Notes: a model not told the origin generated them from the letters alone. Shown: positions 52,117-60,767, numbered from the stretch's first letter. The stretch is 64,000 nucleotides of DNA from an uncultured Opitutia bacterium (GCA_903827245.1 CAIKHO010000021.1:90144-154143); one strand, 5' to 3'. Numbers and translations: made by a program.

Positions 52117-52743
52117 TCAGGGATTCCGGCGGGCAAAAATCGGATGTTTCGACCAGAACTCGACGTGGAAGGGCAGGCCTTCCGCTTCCATCAACGGGCC
52201 GAGCACTTTCACCTCCGGTGCGGTGCGCGCGAAGATTTCGCGGCTGGCCAAGGGCTTGGCGTCGGGTGGCAAGCCCATGACGAGCAGCATCTGGGTCTCC
52301 GTCACCCCGTAGACGACGCGCCCGATGCCGGCGAACCGGATGGCGCCGCAGCACATCGTGCACGGTTCCGTGCTCGTGTAGAGCGTGCAATCCGCGAGCG
52401 TGGCGCGGTCGATTTTCGGCGTGATGAGCGAGATCAGGCCGGTCTCGGCGTGCTTGGTCACGTCGTGAGTGGTGTCCTCGCTGTTCTGAAACTCGGCCAG
52501 CACCTTGCCGTCCTTCACCAGCACGGCGCTGAAGGGATGCTGACCCTTCGCCACCGACTCGCGGACGAGTTCGATGGCGCGCGCCATGAACTTCCGGTCC
52601 ACGTCGGTGCAGGCAGGATCGTCCGGCAGCGGACTGATCGCGGGAGTGACGGCCCGGGCGGCCGGAATCAGGCCAACCGCCGCAAGGGCGAAGGTCACAT
52701 GGAGCAGGGTGGTGCGCATGCGGCGGGCAGCCGCAGGCTGCAT
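52117..52743 (-). CDS. CMP/dCMP-type zinc deaminase (guanine deaminase/TadA-like) with N-terminal signal peptide
   Basis: ORF 52117..52869(-) trimmed to MQPAAARRMRTTLLHVTFALAAVGLIPAARA. KHAE and TEPCTMCCGA zinc motifs. Confidence 0.78.
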   Translation of the reverse strand: MQPAAARRMRTTLLHVTFALAAVGLIPAARAVTPAISPLPDDPACTDVDRKFMARAIELVRESVAKGQHPFSAVLVKDGKVLAEFQNSEDTTHDVTKHAETGLISLITPKIDRATLADCTLYTSTEPCTMCCGAIRFAGIGRVVYGVTETQMLLVMGLPPDAKPLASREIFARTAPEVKVLGPLMEAEGLPFHVEFWSKHPIFARRNP

Positions 52744-52769
52744 GCCAAGAGCGCCGGGGAACGCGCAGC

Positions 52770-53726
52770 TTATCGCCGCGGTTCGGGAATGAGTACCGAG
52801 GTCAGCACGGCAGTCGCGAGCACGCCGCCGATGACTCCCAGCGACACGGCGGTCGAGATCTCGAACCAATGCGCGAGAAGCATTTTCCCGCCGATGAAGA
52901 TGAGGATGACGGCGAGGCCGATCTTGAGGAAGCGGAAGAGCAGCATGACGCCGCTGAGGGCGAAATAGAGCGAGCGCAGCCCGAGGATCGCGAAGATGTT
53001 CGAGGTCAGCGCGACGAACCCGCTGGCGGTGATGGCGAGGACGGCGGGCAGGGAGTCGAGGGCGAAGACGAGGTCGGTCGTCTCGATGACGATCAGCACG
53101 ATGAAAAGCGGGGTCGCCACCCGGCGGCCCGCCTGGCGGGTGAAGAAATGACCGCCCACGAAATCCGGGCTGACGGGAAAGAACCGCCGGAAAAGGCGGA
53201 CGGCGACATTGTGCTCCGGGTCGATTTCGTCATCCGCCTTTTTCGGCAGGGCCATCTTCACGCCGGTGTAAACGAGGAAGGCGCCGAAGAAATAAAGCAC
53301 CCAGTGAAAGCGGTGGATGACCCCGACGCCGACGAGAATGAACAGGGCGCGCATGAGCACGGCGCCAATGATGCCCCAGAAGAGCACGCGGTGCTGGTAA
53401 AGCGGGGCGACTTTGAAGTAGGCGAAGACGAGGATGAAGACGAAGACGTTGTCCACGCTCAGGCACAGCTCGACGAGGTAGGCGGCGAGGAATTCCTGCC
53501 CGGTCTCGGCGCCGTGCCACCACCAGAGCAGCGTGTTGAACACGAGGGCGAGACCGAGCCAGACGCCGCACCAGCCGAGCGCCTCGCGCATCTTCATGAC
53601 ATGCGGCTCGCGTTGGAAGACGCCAAGGTCGAGGGCCAGCATAGCGACGATAAACAGGAAAAACGCGCCCCAGGCCCACAGCGGCATGGCTTCGATGAAA
53701 GCGAGCGGGAGAGACGGCGGCAGCAT
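52770..53726 (-). CDS. TerC family integral membrane protein
   Basis: ORF 52770..53726(-). ELCLSVDNVFVF and TDLVFALDSLPAV are the duplicated TerC motifs. Confidence 0.88.
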   Translation of the reverse strand: MLPPSLPLAFIEAMPLWAWGAFFLFIVAMLALDLGVFQREPHVMKMREALGWCGVWLGLALVFNTLLWWWHGAETGQEFLAAYLVELCLSVDNVFVFILVFAYFKVAPLYQHRVLFWGIIGAVLMRALFILVGVGVIHRFHWVLYFFGAFLVYTGVKMALPKKADDEIDPEHNVAVRLFRRFFPVSPDFVGGHFFTRQAGRRVATPLFIVLIVIETTDLVFALDSLPAVLAITASGFVALTSNIFAILGLRSLYFALSGVMLLFRFLKIGLAVILIFIGGKMLLAHWFEISTAVSLGVIGGVLATAVLTSVLIPEPRR

Positions 53727-53905
53727 CGGCCAGCGAGCATGGCGGGCGGGCTACGTCGCGGGCAAGCGGGGAGTGGCCGGCTGGAATGGAACCCGGGCAT
53801 TTCCAAACCGCGCGGTGACGAAGGCCTGATTGGCGCGGCCCGGTTTTGCGGATTGGTGGGACGGTAGTGTCCTGGTGATGATTACCTGAAGAGGTCACAA
53901 GCGCC

Positions 53906-54016
53906 TGGGGGTAACGCGGTGCTTCAGCCAGCGTCTTTTGCTGCGGGAGTGCGGACTGAAGCACCGCACTACTCCCAGCCTTGGCCGTCCCTTCTTTGGG
54001 CAATTCCGGGTAATTT
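53906..54016 (+). repeat. Family I element, copy I2
   Basis: See I1. Contains a 12-bp perfect helix 53916-53927/53956-53967 and a competing helix 53945-53954/53964-53976. Confidence 0.8.
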
Positions 54017-54032
54017 CATTGGGTTTGGTTAA

Positions 54033-54117
54033 AAATCGTTCTCGTTCTCTTTCTCGTTCCTCGTTCTCGGGTTGGTAGTCGGAGGCGAGAAAGAGAACGA
54101 AGAACAAGAACGATAAG
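54033..54117. repeat. Family A hairpin, copy A4
   Basis: AAATCGTTCTCGTTCTCTTTCTCGTTCCTCGTTCTC ... GAGAAAGAGAACGAAGAACAAGAACGATAAG. Confidence 0.85.
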
Positions 54118-54178
54118 ATCGGATCGGGCGGGACGGAGGCTTTGACATCGGCCTGCCCGGCGATTGGTTTCCGGCAGC

Positions 54179-55480
54179 ATGAAGCGTCTTTTTCTCCTGC
54201 TGGTGTGCACCCTGGGCCTGATGGCGTGGCCTGCGTCCGTCCGGGCCCAAACCCCGCCTCCGCCCGCGGCCGGCGCAGCCGCGGATGACGCTCAGGCCAG
54301 GAACACCACGGCCGCCGCGGCGGCCGTGGCCACCGGGAAGGCCACGGCGCGCGCGCCGGATTTTCTCGAGCATGTGGTCGATGTGGTGCTGGAGCTCTTC
54401 AACGTGAAGGACAGCGCCAACGACACGGCGCACTACGTCATCAGCGCCGCGCTCCTGGCGGCTGCCTTCCTGCTGCGCCGGATCGTGACGGGCGTGATTT
54501 TCGCCCAACTCAAGAAATTCGCCGCCAAGACGGAGACCACGCTGGACGACAAGCTCTTCCCCGCGCTCGAGGGGCCGGCGGCGGCCTTCGTGCTCGTCAC
54601 GGGCATTTTTGCCGCGTTGAAGGTGTTGCGGTTGTCGGAAACTACCGACGCGGCGGTCAGCTATGGGGCGACTGCGGCGTTCTCGCTCGTGATCTTCTGG
54701 GGCCTGCTGCGGGCCTTCAACGCGGTGCTCGACCATGCGCACGAGGTCGCAATCGAAAAGCAGCTCGGCATCGCGGCCTTCATGCCGTGGATCAAGAAGA
54801 CCCTCGTGGTGGTCTTCGTGGTGATCGGCGTCCTGATGGTCATCCAGAGCCTCGGGTACGCCGAGAACGTGAAGACCCTGCTCGCCGGCCTCGGCATCGG
54901 CGGCTTGGCGTTCGCCCTCGCCGCCCAGGACACCATTGCAAACCTCTTCGGTTCCATCGTCGTCGCGATCGACCAGCCGTTCAAGATCGGCGAGGCGGTG
55001 AAGATCGGTTCCTCGGAGGGCGTGGTGGAGGACATCGGGCTGCGTTCGACCAAGCTGCGCCCGCCGGGCAAAAACCTCATCATCATCCCGAACAAGACGG
55101 TCGCGTCGGAGGCGATCATCAATAACTCGCGCTTCACCCAGCGGCGGGTGGAGCAGGTCATCAGCCTGACCTACGACTCGACGGCCGAGCAGATCGAGGC
55201 GATCGTGAACGAGTTCCGCCAGCTCATCCTGCGCGAGGCGGAGGTCGACCCGGCGTCGGTGATGGTCTATTTTCGCGACTACAGCGAATCGTCACTGGAC
55301 CTCTGGGTGGTCTACCTGACGAAGGACCCCGACCTGAGGAAGCAGCTGGAGCTGCGCCAGCGGATCAACCTTGCGATGATGCGCGCGGTGGCGGCGCACA
55401 ACCTGTCGTTCGCCTTCCCGACGCAGACGATGCACCTCGACGGCCCGGTGGCGAAGGCGCTGGTGGAGAAGAAGGGCTGA
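54179..55480 (+). CDS. Mechanosensitive ion channel (MscS family)
   Basis: ORF 54164..55480(+). Signal/TM region, LGIGGLAFALAAQDTIANLFGS, PFKIGE, IPN. Confidence 0.88.
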   Translation: MKRLFLLLVCTLGLMAWPASVRAQTPPPPAAGAAADDAQARNTTAAAAAVATGKATARAPDFLEHVVDVVLELFNVKDSANDTAHYVISAALLAAAFLLRRIVTGVIFAQLKKFAAKTETTLDDKLFPALEGPAAAFVLVTGIFAALKVLRLSETTDAAVSYGATAAFSLVIFWGLLRAFNAVLDHAHEVAIEKQLGIAAFMPWIKKTLVVVFVVIGVLMVIQSLGYAENVKTLLAGLGIGGLAFALAAQDTIANLFGSIVVAIDQPFKIGEAVKIGSSEGVVEDIGLRSTKLRPPGKNLIIIPNKTVASEAIINNSRFTQRRVEQVISLTYDSTAEQIEAIVNEFRQLILREAEVDPASVMVYFRDYSESSLDLWVVYLTKDPDLRKQLELRQRINLAMMRAVAAHNLSFAFPTQTMHLDGPVAKALVEKKG

Positions 55481-55527
55481 GGCAAAAGCTGAGGTCCTGT
55501 TTCGCTGCGAAACATACCGGGCTGAAA

Positions 55528-55603
55528 GGTGGAGCGCGTTGACCCCAACGCGCTGGATCGAGGCGGCTTCGCCGCAACGTGTTGGGGTCAACACGTTCCA
55601 CCC
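55528..55603. repeat. Family G hairpin, copy G1
   Basis: GGTGGAGCGCGTTGACCCCAACGCG ... CGTGTTGGGGTCAACACGTTCCACC. 25-bp stem with 3 mismatches. Confidence 0.75.
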
Positions 55604-55616
55604 TTCCACTCCGCCC

Positions 55617-56750
55617 TCAATCCAGCGTCTGGCGATAGCGCTTCACGCCGATGGTCATGGCGATGGCGAGAAAGAGCAGCAGCGGCCAGATCTCCGGCGC
55701 GATCTCGGCGAGGCCATTGCCCTTGAGCAGGATGCCGCGGACGATCCGGAGGAAATGGGTGTTGGGCAGGCACGAGCCCACGGCCTGGGCCCAGGGCGGC
55801 ATGCCGCGGAAGGGAAACATGAAGCCCGAGAGCAGGATCGACGGCAGGAAGAAGAAGAATGCCATCTGGACCGCCTGCAGCTGGTTTTTCGCGAGCGTCG
55901 AGAACGTGATGCCGACGGCAAGGTTGGCGGCGATGAAGATCAGTGAGACCGCGTAGAGGAGCGGCAGGCTGCCGACCATCGGCACGTGGAAGATGAACGA
56001 CGCCGCGAGGAGAATGAGCGACACCTGGATGTAGCCGACCGCGATGTAGGGCAGGATTTTCCCGACCATCACCTCGAAGGGGCGTACGGGGGTGGCGAGG
56101 AGGTTTTCCATCGTGCCGCGCTCGCGCTCCCGCGTGATGGCGAGCGCGGTGATGACGACCATGGTCATCGTGAGCACGACGCCCATCAGGCCGGGCACGA
56201 CGTTGTACTGGGTGATGTTTTCCGGGTTGTAATGCGCGTGGATGCGGAAATCCACGGGACCGGCCTTTGCCTGGAGGCGCGCGAGCGGCCCGGGCAGATC
56301 GCGATTGAAAATGGTGCCTGCGAGCGCGTTTACGGCGGCGAGCGCGGGCCCGGTGGCGGCGGGATCGGTCGCGTCGGCCTCGATCAGCACGCTCGGGCGC
56401 TCACCCCGGAGCAGCTTGCGCGAGAAATCCTCGGGAATGTTGATGACGAACTGTACGTCCCCGAGCTGGAGGAGACGCTGGGCTTCGTCCTCGGTGGCGG
56501 CCTCGCGCACGAGGACGAAGTAATCGCTGGTGCGCAGGGCCTGGATAAGGGTGCGGGCGAAAGGGCCCTGGTCGGCGGCGCGCACGGCAGCGGGCAGGTG
56601 GCGCGGGTCCGAATTGATCGCGAAGCCGAACATCAGCAGCTGCATCAGCGGGATGCCGACCATCATCCCGAAGGTCACGCGGTCGCGCTTCATCTGGATG
56701 AACTCCTTCAGCACGATGGCCCAGAGGCGATGGAAGGTGAAGCGTCTCAT
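55617..56750 (-). CDS. ABC-2 type transporter permease
   Basis: ORF 55617..56777(-) trimmed to MRRFTFHRLWAIVLKEFIQMKRDR; 6 TM. Confidence 0.85.
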   Translation of the reverse strand: MRRFTFHRLWAIVLKEFIQMKRDRVTFGMMVGIPLMQLLMFGFAINSDPRHLPAAVRAADQGPFARTLIQALRTSDYFVLVREAATEDEAQRLLQLGDVQFVINIPEDFSRKLLRGERPSVLIEADATDPAATGPALAAVNALAGTIFNRDLPGPLARLQAKAGPVDFRIHAHYNPENITQYNVVPGLMGVVLTMTMVVITALAITRERERGTMENLLATPVRPFEVMVGKILPYIAVGYIQVSLILLAASFIFHVPMVGSLPLLYAVSLIFIAANLAVGITFSTLAKNQLQAVQMAFFFFLPSILLSGFMFPFRGMPPWAQAVGSCLPNTHFLRIVRGILLKGNGLAEIAPEIWPLLLFLAIAMTIGVKRYRQTLD

Positions 56751-56770
56751 GGGAGGGACCCTCTGGTTGA

Positions 56771-56905
56771 ACGACACACCCCGTCGCTTCGCGCCACCCC
56801 TCTTTTTAGAGGGGAGCAGGATCGGTTCCCCTCTGGAGAGGGGCCTGTCGGCCGTAGCTTCAGCGAAGGCCGATGCCCGAAGGGCGGGATGTGTGGGTCG
56901 TCGCG
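56771..56905. repeat. Element F: compound hairpin element (CCCCTCT..AGAGGGG, CCCCTC..GAGGGG, TCGGCC..GGCCGA)
   Basis: Three consecutive stem-loops between the ABC ATPase and permease genes. Single copy in the window. Confidence 0.55.
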
Positions 56906-56922
56906 CATCATTGAGCGGCCGC

Positions 56923-57849
56923 TCACGAGAAATTGTCCTTCGCGTCGCCCATCAGGCTGATGAACACGTCCTCCAGCCCGGAGCGGATGCGGGTCCATTC
57001 GTGCTCCGGGCGGCGCACGGTGGCGATCGTGGCATCGAGGCGCGCGGCGTCACGGCCGCTGACATGGAGCATGTTGCCGAAAGCGACGACCTGCTCGACC
57101 CCGTCGCGGTCGCGCAGTGCGGCCGCCAGCTCGCGCAGGCCTGGACCGGTGACCGTCCACGTGGTGAGCTTCGCGGCGGACAGCACCTCCTCGAGCGTGC
57201 CGCGGGTGAGGAGATGGCCGTACGCGATGTAGGCGAGCCGGTGGCAGCGCTCAGCCTCGTCCATGTAATGCGTGGTGATCAGCACGGTGAGCCCGTTGGC
57301 GGCGAGCTGGTGAATCTCGTCCCAGAATTCGCGCCGGGCCTTGGGATCGACACCCGCGGTGGGTTCGTCGAGCAACAGGAGCTGCGGCTGATGGATGAGA
57401 CAGGCGGCGAGGGCGAGGCGCTGCTTCCAGCCGCCGGAAAGCTGGCCGGCGAGCTGGGCGCTGCGATTCTGCAGCCCAAGGCGCTCCAGGCTGTGCTGCA
57501 CGGCGGCGGCGCGGTCGGGCACGGCGTAGATGCGGGCGATGAAGTCGAGGTTCTCCCGGATGCTGAGATCCTCATAATAGCTGAACTTCTGTGTCATGTA
57601 GCCGACGTGGCGCTTGATCTCGGCCTGCTGGGTCAGCAGGTCGTAGCCGAGACAGGTCCCGGTGCCGGCATCGGGCGTGAGCAGGCCGCAGAGCATGCGG
57701 ATGAAAGTCGTCTTGCCTGAACCGTTCGGCCCGAGGAAACCGTAGATCTCGCCGCGGCGCACCGAGAGGTCGATGGCGTCGACGACGGTCTTGCCGTCGA
57801 AGCGCTTGGTGACGCCGGTGACGTCGATCGCGAGGTCCGTCACGCTCAT
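56923..57849 (-). CDS. ABC transporter ATP-binding protein
   Basis: ORF 56923..57849(-). GPNGSGKTT, LSGGWKQRLALA, LLLLDEPT. Confidence 0.92.
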   Translation of the reverse strand: MSVTDLAIDVTGVTKRFDGKTVVDAIDLSVRRGEIYGFLGPNGSGKTTFIRMLCGLLTPDAGTGTCLGYDLLTQQAEIKRHVGYMTQKFSYYEDLSIRENLDFIARIYAVPDRAAAVQHSLERLGLQNRSAQLAGQLSGGWKQRLALAACLIHQPQLLLLDEPTAGVDPKARREFWDEIHQLAANGLTVLITTHYMDEAERCHRLAYIAYGHLLTRGTLEEVLSAAKLTTWTVTGPGLRELAAALRDRDGVEQVVAFGNMLHVSGRDAARLDATIATVRRPEHEWTRIRSGLEDVFISLMGDAKDNFS

Positions 57850-57855
57850 GCGAAA

Positions 57856-58806
57856 TTATTTCGCGGGGGCGACGTCCGCCGGCTGGCCCGGGTGGAGATC
57901 GCGGGCGGCGGCCGCGTCGAACACGGCCTCGACCATGAAGACGAGCTTGGACCGGTTGTCGCGGTTGTAGAGGACGGGCGGCGTGTATTCGGGCTGGGGC
58001 GAGAGGTAGCTGACCCTTCCGGTGAGCGGCTCGGCGCGGCCGGTGACGGACACGCGCACGGCGTCGCCGGGCTTGAGGGCGGCGAAATCGGACTCCGGCA
58101 CAAAGAAGCGGACCTTGAGGTTTTCCGGCGGCAGCAGGGCGACGACCGGGTTGCCGGCGGCGACAAACTCGCCCTCGCGGTAAAGCGTATCGTAGACGAG
58201 GCCGGCGCGCGGGGCGGCCTGGGTCTTCTGGTCGACATTCCAGTCGGCCCGCTCCTTGGCGGCGGCCGCGGCGCTGACGTCCGCGGTGGCCGCCGCGATG
58301 GCGTCGGACCGTCCGCCGAGCCGGGCCGTCTCGAGCTGGGCCGCGAGCTCGGCGACGGCCTGGAGGTTTTGCTCGTGGGCGAGCCGGGCGTGATCGTAGT
58401 CGCTTTCAGGGACGGTGTGGCTCCGGAAAAGGTTTTCCTGCCGGGCGAGATCGAGCCGGGAAAGCTCGGCGGCGGAGCGGGCCTGCCCGAGGTGCGCCTC
58501 CAGGCTGGCGAGTTCGCTCGGGCGGGAGCCCTTTTTCAAATCCTCCAGCCGCGCCTGAGCGGAGCGAAGCTGGTCGGCGGCCTCGCGCTGGCCGGCGAGA
58601 TCGGCGGTGCGCTCGAGGGTGAACAAGGAGGCTCCCGCCTCGACCCGGGCGCCCTTGGCCACGGCCAGATGCTCGAGCCGGCTGGCCAGCGGTGACGCGA
58701 CATAGACGAATTCGCCCTCGAAATAACCCTGGTACGACACGGGACCGTGGGGTGCGCAGCCGGCCAGCAGGCCGCCGGCGAGAACGAAAAGGACAGGGAA
58801 GCGCAT
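57856..58806 (-). CDS. HlyD-family membrane fusion (periplasmic adaptor) lipoprotein
   Basis: ORF 57856..58920(-) trimmed to MRFPVLFVLAGGLLAGC; coiled-coil middle region. Confidence 0.82.
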   Translation of the reverse strand: MRFPVLFVLAGGLLAGCAPHGPVSYQGYFEGEFVYVASPLASRLEHLAVAKGARVEAGASLFTLERTADLAGQREAADQLRSAQARLEDLKKGSRPSELASLEAHLGQARSAAELSRLDLARQENLFRSHTVPESDYDHARLAHEQNLQAVAELAAQLETARLGGRSDAIAAATADVSAAAAAKERADWNVDQKTQAAPRAGLVYDTLYREGEFVAAGNPVVALLPPENLKVRFFVPESDFAALKPGDAVRVSVTGRAEPLTGRVSYLSPQPEYTPPVLYNRDNRSKLVFMVEAVFDAAAARDLHPGQPADVAPAK

Positions 58807-58910
58807 GGCGTCTTCTGCCAGTGCGGGGAGATGCGTCCAAGAACGAAAAGATCGCGCGATCGTGACGTTCCCGGGATTGCCATGCGCGGATCGAAGTGCC
58901 TCGCTGCGGC

Positions 58911-60296
58911 ATGCCCGCACAGGCCAACGTCAGGGCGGAAATCTCCGCACTCATCGAGCACAAGGATCTTCCCGCGCTGAAAAAATACCTGGAGCCATGG
59001 CTGCCGCTGGACCTGGCCCCGATCATCGCGGACCTGCCGATCGAGGAGCTGGCGGCGCTGTTCCGGGTCAGCTCGCGGGAAGTCGCAGCGACCACGTTCA
59101 CCTACATGCCGCTGGAAGCGCAGCGGAAGGTGTTGCGCGCCCTCAGCCAGGACCAGGTTGCCGCCCTCCTCAACGCGCTGCCGCCGGATGATCGCACGGC
59201 GTTTCTCAACGAACTGCCGCTCGACGTGGCGATGCAGCTGCTGGCGATGCTCACGCCCGACGAGCTGCACGTCGCCCAGTCGCTGCTGGCCTACCCCGAG
59301 CACAGTGTCGGCCGGATGATGACGCTGGACTACGTTGCGATCCGCCCCGAGTGGAGCGTGCGCCAGGCGCTCGACTACATCCGGGAGCACGGCTTTGACC
59401 GCGAGACGCTGAACATGGTCTACATCGTGGACGAGGCGGGCCACCTGATCGACGACGTGCGCGTGCGGCGGTTCCTCCTCTCGCCGCTGGACCGGCCGGT
59501 GCGCGAGCTAATGGACGGCAACTTCACGATGCTTTCGCCGATCGACGACCGGGAGAAGGCGCTGGAGCTTTTCCAGAAATTCGACCGGGTCGCGCTGCCG
59601 GTCACCGACGAGAACCGCAAGTTGATCGGCATCGTCACGGTGGACGACATGCTCGACGTCGCGACCGAGGAGGCCACGGAGGACATCCAGAAGCTGGGCG
59701 GCAGCGAGGCGCTGGACGAGCCCTACACGACGATCGCGCTTTCCCGCATGGTCAAGAAGCGCGCCAGCTGGCTGGTGATCCTGTTCCTTGGCGAGATGCT
59801 CACGGCCACCGCCCTCAAATATTACGAGGGCGAGCTGGAGAAGGCCATTGTGCTCTCGCTGTTCCTGCCGCTGGTCGTCAGCTCGGGCGGCAACGCCGGT
59901 TCGCAGGCGGCGACGCTGGTGATCCGTGCGCTGGCGCTCGGCGAATTCAAATTGCGGGACTGGTGGCGCATCATGCGGCGCGAGTTGGTCGCCGGCCTGT
60001 CGCTTGGCGTCATCCTGGGAGTGATCGGATTTCTCCGCATCACGATCTGGTCGTATGTTTTCCCCAACACCTATGGCGAGCACTGGCTGCTGGTCGCCGC
60101 AACGGTCAGCACGGCGCTGGTCGGCATTGTGCTGTGGGGATCGCTCATGGGCTCGATGCTGCCCCTGCTCATCAAGCGGGCGGGCTTCGACCCGGCGACC
60201 TCAAGCGCGCCCTTCATCGCCACGCTGGTGGACGTCACCGGCCTGATCATCTACTTCACGGTCGCCCTCTTCATCATGCGCGGGACGCTGCTCTAG
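58911..60296 (+). CDS. mgtE: Magnesium transporter MgtE
   Basis: ORF 58896..60296(+), ATG at 58911. N domain, tandem CBS domains, PLVVSSGGNAGSQA and PFIATLVDVTGL. Confidence 0.92.
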   Translation: MPAQANVRAEISALIEHKDLPALKKYLEPWLPLDLAPIIADLPIEELAALFRVSSREVAATTFTYMPLEAQRKVLRALSQDQVAALLNALPPDDRTAFLNELPLDVAMQLLAMLTPDELHVAQSLLAYPEHSVGRMMTLDYVAIRPEWSVRQALDYIREHGFDRETLNMVYIVDEAGHLIDDVRVRRFLLSPLDRPVRELMDGNFTMLSPIDDREKALELFQKFDRVALPVTDENRKLIGIVTVDDMLDVATEEATEDIQKLGGSEALDEPYTTIALSRMVKKRASWLVILFLGEMLTATALKYYEGELEKAIVLSLFLPLVVSSGGNAGSQAATLVIRALALGEFKLRDWWRIMRRELVAGLSLGVILGVIGFLRITIWSYVFPNTYGEHWLLVAATVSTALVGIVLWGSLMGSMLPLLIKRAGFDPATSSAPFIATLVDVTGLIIYFTVALFIMRGTLL

Positions 60297-60471
60297 GGAG
60301 TGTTTTCAAACCCCATTGGCTCCTTTGAGTTGGAGCAGCGACCTCCCGGCCTGCGCGTCGTAGGCTTGGCGAAGGCGGGTCGCTGTCCGAACGCGACCGG
60401 GAGGTCGCGTCTTCATCAACGCAATTCCGCTGCACGGGAATGAAAAGGGCGGAATCAGGGAGTTTGAAAAC
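60294..60471. repeat. Family C element, full-length copy C4 carrying a 29-nt internal insertion
   Basis: TAGGGAGTGTTTTCAAAC ... GTTTGAAAAC (perfect 10-bp TIR). Collinear with C3 except for the extra CCTGCGCGTCGTAGGCTTGGCGAAGGCGG at 60350-60378. Confidence 0.85.
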
Positions 60472-60500
60472 GCGCCTTGGTCTGTGCGCAAGGCCCCGGC

Positions 60501-60767
60501 TCAGCGGCGCGGGCGTTCCGCGGGCGGGCGGGCTTCGCTCACGGTCAGGTTGCGTCCATCCAGCGGGTGGCCATGCAGTTTTTCGATGGCCGCGCCCGCG
60601 GCTTCCGGTGTGACCATGGTGACAAAGGCAAAGCCGCGGGAGCGCCCCGTCACCTTGTCGAAAACCAGGTCAATTGCAGCCACGCCCCCTGCCTCGGCAA
60701 ACAGTCCCTGCAGCTCGAGGGCGGTGGCGGAGAAGGGCAGGTTGCCCACGTAAAGTTTGGTATTCAT
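60501..60767 (-). CDS. RRM-type RNA-binding protein (short, no Gly tail)
   Basis: ORF 60501..60845(-) trimmed to MNTKLYVGNLPF (RNP-2) with RGFAFVTM (RNP-1). Confidence 0.9.
   Translation of the reverse strand: MNTKLYVGNLPFSATALELQGLFAEAGGVAAIDLVFDKVTGRSRGFAFVTMVTPEAAGAAIEKLHGHPLDGRNLTVSEARPPAERPRR

Noticed and set aside
52117-52743. The exported deaminase as a polymorphic-toxin (DddA/BaDTF-like) effector
   Set aside because: There is no N-terminal delivery domain (Rhs, PAAR, LXG, T6SS/T7SS marker), no adjacent small immunity gene and no secretion-system genes. The sequence looks like housekeeping GuaD/TadA-type deaminases.
53727-53900. Possible yybP-ykoY (manganese) riboswitch upstream of the TerC gene, because TerC genes often carry one
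   Set aside because: The only GGGGAGT-like core (in GCGGGGAGTGGCC) is on the plus strand, which is the wrong orientation for the minus-strand TerC gene. I could not find the conserved four-way junction motifs on the correct strand. An Rfam cmscan would settle it.
54033-54117. Family A hexamer arrays as a degenerate CRISPR or tandem-repeat locus
   Set aside because: The units are 6 nt with no spacers. The two halves are complementary to each other, so this is a hairpin. No cas genes are in the window.
58807-58910. Possible M-box magnesium riboswitch upstream of mgtE
   Set aside because: Only about 100 nt separate mgtE from the divergent HlyD gene start, which is shorter than a typical M-box aptamer. 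I saw no conserved M-box helices.
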